Under the pieces are notes generated by a model. That model was given only the letters and a program-made list of their open reading frames with translations. It had not been told where the DNA came from and ran no database searches. This document shows, piece after piece, positions 55,308 to 64,000 of a stretch of 64,000 nucleotides of DNA (positions are counted from its first letter, which is position 1; each line of letters begins with the position of its first letter). Both the position numbers and the translations under genes were made by a program. The stretch comes from the human T2T-CHM13v2.0 reference genome, Homo sapiens, in the NCBI RefSeq assembly GCF_009914755.1, contig NC_060935.1. The stretch is one strand, 5' to 3'.

Positions 55308-56690
55308 CAGTAGTGTCCTGAAGCCAGTTCACAATGGCTGAAGAGAGCCACAGCTAAATTTTCTGGAATTTTATGAGCCAGTTATTAAGCACAACCATTA
55401 TACAAAATTTATATAAATATACAATTAAATAAATTACACTAAAATTAAAGTAACAAAAGCTCAAAACTCATCATTTCCTAATTCTTTTAGCACATTTACT
55501 ATTAGCTACGCTTTTGAGGTGATGTCCATCTACTGTAGCCTTAGGGTAGAAATGCTACACAATGATGTGCTTCTGCGCAGCTCTTCCCAACTCTGTGGTC
55601 TTCAGTGTCATGTTGGCTGACTGAAATTTGCCATAGTGGGCATATTGACACCCTGGAAATCAGCAAATGTTACAAATCAGCACTAAGTCTATCACTCTGT
55701 TGACTGAGTAGATTTAAGAAAGTAATGGAGTAAATGTTAATAATGCAGATTAGGCTTAAAAATGGGTTGTATCTGTAGTTGTTACATTGTAAATAGCATA
55801 AAAAATTGAGGAACTACATTTCCAAGATTCAAAACTATTATCTGATTGAACAAAGATACCCACAACATTGACTAACTAGTTCTGGTATATGTCTTTATAC
55901 AACTTCATTGTTTCTCTCTTACCTTCTCCTTAATACAAACAAAAATATCAGCCAACATACACACCAGGCTCTCTGGTCTTGGCACAGAAGCAAGACAATG
56001 AAGAGAACATCCCATTCATCGTTGTTTGGAAACCTTGCCATGAGACACACATTGTGCTTCTGTGGTGGCACTTAGGCCTTCCACTTTCAGAAGGTGACCT
56101 GTGGCAAATGTTGCTACCCTACCAGCCACAACAGAAAGTATAGCTGGAATGCCAAGGCTAAAAGCTGAAATACTACTGCAACTAGTCGAATGAGACACCT
56201 AAAAATTGTCACCGCAGACCTAGGCATGGATTCTATAAAGGAACAACACACCTAAATCCAAGAGGGCAGCTGTTGCAGCATCCAGTTCATCTCAAGCATT
56301 TCAATGATTAGTCAGCACAATAAATGTTCTGGTTAAAAAAAATTCATGTCAGAATACACTTGTTTGTCAATAATGTGAGTGACTTCCTTGCTAAATCAAA
56401 TAGTAATCAAGCCTGTATTCATAGTCTATTTTGTGATACTATTATTGGCAGTAGAAATATAAAAACTGATGGTAGACTTTGCAGGAAATAGAAAGACATA
56501 ATGTAGTAATAGGTATTTGGAATTTACTGTAAAGAATACTGTGTATTTTATTATTATTTGTAAATTGCGTGTTCACATCCACTATGTTACTAAAATTTAT
56601 TATTATGTATGTGTTTTATATATATATATATAAATATATAAATTTTTTTTCTTGCAGAGCTGGTTATTCACATTTGCCAGCACACTACTG
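55308..56690. mobile_element. MER63C/D-like hAT-Blackjack DNA transposon interrupted by the RPL37 retrocopy
   Basis: Terminal inverted repeats cagtagtgtcctg (55308-55320) and cagcacactactg (56678-56690); about 1 kb after removing the pseudogene. Confidence 0.8.
55969..56342 (+). pseudogene. Processed pseudogene of ribosomal protein L37 (RPL37), full length and disabled
   Basis: Pyrimidine-rich 5' end ctctctggtcttgg. Intronless decayed coding sequence recognisable as RPL37 (FG..., [37 protein letters not shown]) with frameshifts, an internal TGA and lost start/stop. AATAAA at 56319-56324 and A-tail at 56335-56342. Confidence 0.92.
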
Positions 56691-57059
56691 CAGATGTCCC
56701 TCCTTTGTGTTTTATAGCAACCCAATCTTGCCTTGTTTTGTATGCTTATGAGCCTATACTATAAATCCTTGATTTACATATTTGTTTCTTCATCCAGAAT
56801 GAAGGCTCCTTGACAGCAGGGATCCTGGATTTTCTAGCTTTACAACCCCAAAGATTAGTAAGGTGCTTGGCAAAGAGGAAAACCTTTGTAAATGTAGAAG
56901 ACAAACCTCACTTCAACTGTGAAGTCTTTTCTGACACTCACAATTGATAGAACTAGCCACTACTGCACATCCACAGCAGTTTCCACACATCTCACAACTC
57001 CATCCTGGCAGTCCCAGAAATGGAACTCAGAAAAGGCTCTTGACTGTATATTGAACACA

Positions 57060-57290
57060 GTGATAAGAATAAATGCTAGCATTTCCTGAGCACATGTTAT
57101 GTTGCCAGGCACTTTTCTATGTGCTTTACACACATTAACTCATTTAATCCCCACCCCTATGAGGTAGGTGCTGTTATGATACTTCTCACTTTACAGATGA
57201 GGAAGGTGAGGCTCAGAGAAGGTAAAGAGCTCCCCCAAGTTATTAAGGAGGAGAGCTGGGATTAGAACCCAGGTAGTCCAGCTCTAGCCC
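57060..57290 (-). mobile_element. MIR
   Basis: cattaactcatttaatcc...ttacagatgaggaaggtgagggctcagagaagg...gggattagaacccagg. Confidence 0.75.
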
Positions 57291-58352
57291 TCAATGAGTG
57301 AATGGATGAATAGATGGATGATTTGAAAAGCAGCCCGTCTCTTAGGCAGTTTCTGATTCTATATATACCAATTTGCATTTCAACATCTTAGAAAACAATT
57401 CTATTCTTAGAGGTGCATGGTTACAAACTTATTTTTCATTTTTTGAGGTCTTTCTCAAGGCTTGGGACAGGGCAGAATTCTCCCAATCTGCTCGGGAGTG
57501 CTAAACATTGGTTCCAGGGCCCCTCTTCTCCAGTTTTCTACTGATGGATTTGGCAAATACTCTTCCCAGGGCCTGATTTTGCAATAGTGTATAAATCACT
57601 ACCATAAAGGGCACATGATCTAGGGAGGGGAAGACATAGGCTTCAGAGTACCAATTCAGGAAAATTAAGCCTTTAGTTATTAGCTGTGTGATACTGGGTA
57701 AGGTATTCAACCTCTCTGAATCTATCTATCTGACAGAGTTGTGACGACTAGATATAATGTACACAAAGCTGTTACCATTATTTTTACTACCACAACTACT
57801 GCTGCTAATAGTTAATATTTATGGTATTAATTTTGTTATGTGTCAGGTACTAATCCAAGCAGTTTATATAGTAATTCACTTAATCCTAAAAATAATTTTT
57901 CATGGTAAATGCCATTATTATCTTTATTATCTCTTAATACCAGAGGTATTAAGTCACAGAGCCTGGATTCAATCCAGATGTGCCTGATACCAAAGTTTAC
58001 CAGTACACAGTATTTATTCATCCACTACAATAGACTATGACAAAAACTTTGCAATATTGTACTGGTATTCCTAGACAGTGATATAAGACAAAATTGAAGA
58101 AATAAGAGGAAGAAAGATTGTAAAGGCAGAGACAATATTGTCATCATTTGCAGATAATACAATGATTTATATAGAAAATCTAAGAAAGAAAATTTGGTTG
58201 ACTGAGTTAAGCTCCCCTCTCCCCCACAAAATGCATAGAAATGCTACATAAAATATAGTAAAATATAATAAGTCTTTTTTATATTCATAGATGAGCTCCA
58301 AAGAAAGAGAATCTTCAGATGCAGGAAACCCCGAATCAGAGCAGTAAAGGCA

Positions 58353-58502
58353 GCTAAAAGCTGAAATACCTCTGGAACTGGTCGAATGAGACACCTAAAA
58401 ATTGTACGCCACAGACCTAGGCATGGATTCCATACAGGAACAACACCTAAACCCAAGAGGGCAGCTGTTGCAGCATCCAGTTCATCTCAAGGATTTCAAT
58501 GA
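58353..58502 (+). pseudogene. Second partial RPL37 pseudogene copy (3' half of CDS, no poly(A))
   Basis: Direct repeat of 56157-56307, reading [11 protein letters not shown]...[17 protein letters not shown]. Confidence 0.88.
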
Positions 58503-59777
58503 AGGCACCTCTGAGTCAGAGCAGTAAACGTGAGAAGTGACTGCACTGCTGCCGAGAGGACACTTTGGACCCCAGTATCAGCTCTAACGGCAAGGCAAGG
58601 AGAAGAGACCTGGCCCTCTGTAGAATGGGGAGTGGGAACTGAAACTCATGCATGAAGCAGGGCCACAAAGGTTGCCCCACGGTGTAATGGAGTCACTGGC
58701 CCAGGGAAGTCTAAGGATGTCCCTTTCTGTTTAGGGTTCTGGGTGGGGGTGGGATGGAGTCGGGGAACCTGCCACTATCCATCAAAACCCTAAGTGAGAG
58801 TCATGCATGGGTGTGGAATCCCTATTTGCAGCACCCACAGAGTACAGAATTTCCAAGCTGAGGAATTAAGGTAAAAATGAACCCCAGACCAGTGAAACCC
58901 TGAAATATTTCTCAGGAATGAAAGCACAATTGCTCCAGAGGGCCATTTTCACAATCCACAATAAAAACTTAAAACCATATGAGGAAATGATCTGCCATGA
59001 GGATTAACATCCAAAGAACTTGAGAAAACATCTAACTTAGACTACAAAATAAATGTGTTTAAAAAGTTTAAAGACTTAAACAAAAAAGAAAACATAGTGA
59101 AACAATAGGACATGATGAAGAATACACATATTTGAAAAATCAAACAGAACTTCTAGAAATGAAGTATCATAGAAATTACAATTTTACTGAATGAGGTACA
59201 TATCCTATTTGAGAAAATTAGTGAAAGACTGAGAAAATTTCCCAGAATGAAGCACAAATAGATAAGATATATGAAAAATAAGGAGTGGTTTAAAGACGAG
59301 GAGGATATATTGAGAAGAAATAAAATATGTGTAATACAAGTTCTAGGGGAAAGAATAGAGAAATAAAGAGAGGCATTATTCAGGGATACTAGATGAGAAA
59401 TTCATGGAATGGAAAAAGTTACATGTCTTCAAATTCAGGAAAATAACTAGTCTCAAGCATGATCCATAAAAGCAAGTCCATACTTAGATGCATAATAGTG
59501 AACTGCAAAACAGCAAACACAGAGAGAAATCTTAAAACAAAGAGGAAAGATTCCATAGGAAGGAAGGACAATTACAGTGATAGCAGACTTCTCACAGGCA
59601 ACAGCAGAGGCCAGCATACCATAGAATGGTATCTTCAAAGTGCTAAGAAAACATTATTGTCTTTCTAGAATTCTTCTCTCAGTGATACTATCTCTAAAGC
59701 AGGAGAGTGAGATAAAGATCCTTCAGGCAAAGGCCATATTTTCAGCAGAAAAGAGTGGGATTCAAGAAGCAACGGCT

Positions 59778-59913
59778 GGCTGGGCTTGGTGGTTCACGCC
59801 TGTAATCCCAGAGGCCGAGGCAGGCGGGTCACTTGAGCCCAGGAGTTCCAGACCAGCCTGAGCAACATGGTGAAAACCCATCTCTATTAAAAAAAAAAAA
59901 AAAAAAAAAAAAA
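59778..59913 (+). mobile_element. Alu left monomer with long A-tail
   Basis: ggctgggcttggtggttcacgcc...catctctatt(A)n. Confidence 0.88.
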
Positions 59914-60199
<286 letters not shown>

Positions 60200-60373
60200 G
60201 AAGCAATGGTGAGTAAAATATTAGTAGATATGGGGGCAAATCTAAATAAGCATTGGGTATAAAAATTGTATTACTAATTATTTCTAAATTGAGGATTTAT
60301 AAAGCAAAGATGAGGTAAAATATAAGACAAGAAAAACATGGAAATTGGGAGCAGTAGAGCTTGATTAATTTGA

Positions 60374-60674
<301 letters not shown>

Positions 60675-61570
60675 GAAACTTACTTTTTAATTCTTAAATA
60701 AAAATAAGAATAGCTACTAAAAAAAAAACCCACCTGATCAAAAAAAAAAAAAAAAAAAAACCCACAAAAATGAATGTGTAACTTCCACGTAGAAGGGAAT
60801 ACAGAAAAATGTTCAATAGAAGACAGAAATGCATCGAAAAGGAGTAAAGAAAAAGAATCAAAGGAGAAAATATTAGAATTAATAAAAGAATTAGCAAGTT
60901 CAAAGGTAAAAGACATAACAACGCTGTTCCTACATACCGCAACAACCAAGTAGAAATGATAACAGAAAAAAACTCATTCATAATAGCAACAAAATCTAGA
61001 AAACGTATAGGAAAAATCCCAAGGAAAAGAGACCTTTTTGAAGAATATAAAAGAAGACTTGAGGAAAGGGAATGACATCTTGTTTATGCATAGAAAGACG
61101 CAGTATTATAGAGATGTTAATCCTCAGATTAATCTATAAATTTAACCTGAGGCCAATCGAAATCCCAACAGTATTTTTTTGCAGTACTTGAGAACTGAGT
61201 CCAACATAAATACGAAAGGATAAATGTCTGAGAAAGGCCAAGACAATTCTGAAAAAGAACAACCAAAAGAGATCTGTCCTGTTAAAAATCAAAGCGTATT
61301 ACAAAGCTATGACAAATAAGTGTGGCATTTTTTTTAGAAAAAGACAAACAGACCAATCCAACAAAATACAGAGCCCAGAAACAGATCCAGAAACAAATGA
61401 GGGAACTTGCTATATAATAGTGGGAACTTTTTTAATCAAGGAAAAAAGAATTACCTGTCAGACAAATAACGGATTTGGGATACTTGACTTCCCACATACA
61501 AGAAACACAGGAAATTGTACTCTATCTCACACTATACACAAAATTGAACTCCAGATGTATTACACATCTA

Positions 61571-61916
<346 letters not shown>

Positions 61917-62891
61917 GAAAATTATTGGAAGAAAATAGTGCCTTTATAACTTTGGGATAGTGAAGCATTTCTTACATTAGCAATAAAAAATAAATGATAA
62001 AGGCAAGGACTAAGTCCACTGAATACACTAAAATGAAAAATTTCTGCATGACGAAAGATACTATAAACAAAGGTAAAAGACAAACCACAGAAAAAAGATT
62101 AGTAATCAGAATCAATGCAGGCAAGTAAGAAAAAGATAACACCTGAATAGGACAATGGGAAAGGGTAGGAATATGCAATTCACAGAAGAAGAAATGCAAA
62201 TTGTGTATAAACACATGGAAAGTTTCTTAATTTGACTCAAAATCAGGGAAATATGAAGTAAACAAAACATTTCCATATTATGAAGTTGGCAAAAATTTTT
62301 AAGTCTGACATTATAAGACAAAGGGGGTACTTTTATATACTATTAGTTGAAGTATAAATGGGTCCAGCCAGTAAAAAGAACATTTTTTCAACATTTAATA
62401 AAATACAAAATGTGCATAACCCAACACCCAACAATTTCTCTTCTAACCCTTTAATATATTCACAGCTAGACATGTATAAGGATATTCACTGCAACATTGC
62501 TTGTGATAGTAAAAATGTACAAAAACCTAAACATAAATAGGGAAATAAATAATATGTGATATTGTCATATGATGGCAGATTATACAGCCATTAAAAAGAA
62601 CGATCTGTATATGTATGGGTATTTACGTATATGTGTGTGTTTGCATTTTCTCAAGATATGTGATGTTGGGTGAAAAAAACAAAGTGACAGAATGATACAC
62701 AGTGTAGGATGCCATGTCAGAAAGCACACATAAATGCAAGGCCTTACACAGCTCATGGATGAAGAGGTATACATGAAAGTATACCTCTTTATAACAGTGA
62801 TGACTGCCCAGGGGGCAAGGGAAGAAGCAGAATGGGTCTGGGCCTAGTGGGAGGGAAAAAAAACAACTTTACCTGAAAAAATATTTTTTAA

Positions 62892-63226
<335 letters not shown>

Positions 63227-64000
63227 TCAAATATAATAAAACGTTAATTTTTAAAATTATGGATAGTGAAAATATGTGTGTTTTACCCTTCTTAGTGATG
63301 TATTTTTGTTAAGTTCTCCAAAAAAACCCAGAAAATGCTTTGAGGATTTATTGGAGCAGGCACCATCAGACACTTAAGCGGGAATGAGAGCAGTATCGAA
63401 TGGATGGAATTGATTCTTTGGCCATGAGCTCCCTCCCTCTTCAATGTCATCGGATTTTCAGATCCGTCGTGCTCCTTCCTGTGTTCCCCACTCCAACGTG
63501 AGACCATGCTTTGACATCACGCACCCAGGCCTTTACAGGGATCTCTGAGTGTGGCACCGTAGTGCTGGGAAGGACTCCCCAAAAAATTGGGCCAACCCCT
63601 AGTAACAGATGAGGACAATGAAGCAGGAAGGAGAGACTTGTCTAGGGTCACATAGGAGGCAAAGCTGGCCTCAAGGTTCATCTTTAACCTTAGGCTCTGC
63701 TCCAACACCACTTCCTCAGATGACAGATCCAACTCCTCACCTAGGTTAGCCTGTCAGCTCCCATTAAATGCTCTGTTAGCACCTTGTACTTTCCCTGCCA
63801 AGCATTTATCACAGCTAAATTTAATAATTAGTTATTGAAATGCACGCTTGACACCTTATCTGTCATTACACTGCTCATTCCATGATGAATTTTGTCTTGT
63901 TCATGGCTGTAATCCAAGAACATAGTTCAGAGTCTGTTCCCTGAGTGACTGCTCTCTTGGTGTCTAGACTGGTGTGCATTCAGATTCCATGCTCACCTCT

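Noticed and set aside
56016-58394. Two similar minus-strand ORFs starting MSHSTS (56016-56198 and 58167-58394) as a small gene family
   Set aside because: They are antisense readings of the two RPL37 pseudogene copies.

Overview
Human (primate) genomic DNA, not prokaryotic. The window covers the 3' three quarters of MAP6 (STOP, microtubule-associated protein 6; 11q13.5 from recall) on the minus strand. It holds coding exon 2 (21515-21728), exon 3 (19214-19410) and terminal exon 4 (CDS 464-1589, 31 in-frame 11-aa repeats) with its poly(A) signal. The short E-STOP isoform ends at a TAA overlapping the exon 3 splice donor. Exon 1 lies beyond the right edge, so 21729-64000 is intron 1. That intron is packed with Alu, L1, L2, MIR, MaLR/ERVL LTR and hAT elements. 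The least expected structures are: (i) a ~637-bp non-repeat, TSD-flanked, A-tailed insert nested in an old L1, probably a retrocopied mRNA 3' end of unknown parent; (ii) a full-length RPL37 processed pseudogene inside a MER63 transposon, plus a second 150-bp copy 2.2 kb away that shares its mutations; (iii) a 122-bp tandem duplication across an L1/Alu junction; (iv) exons 2+3 forming a 411-nt frame-closed module with an internal strong-Kozak ATG. Repeat subfamily names, MAP6 residue numbers and comparisons with reference proteins come from recall and need confirming; old-repeat boundaries are approximate.
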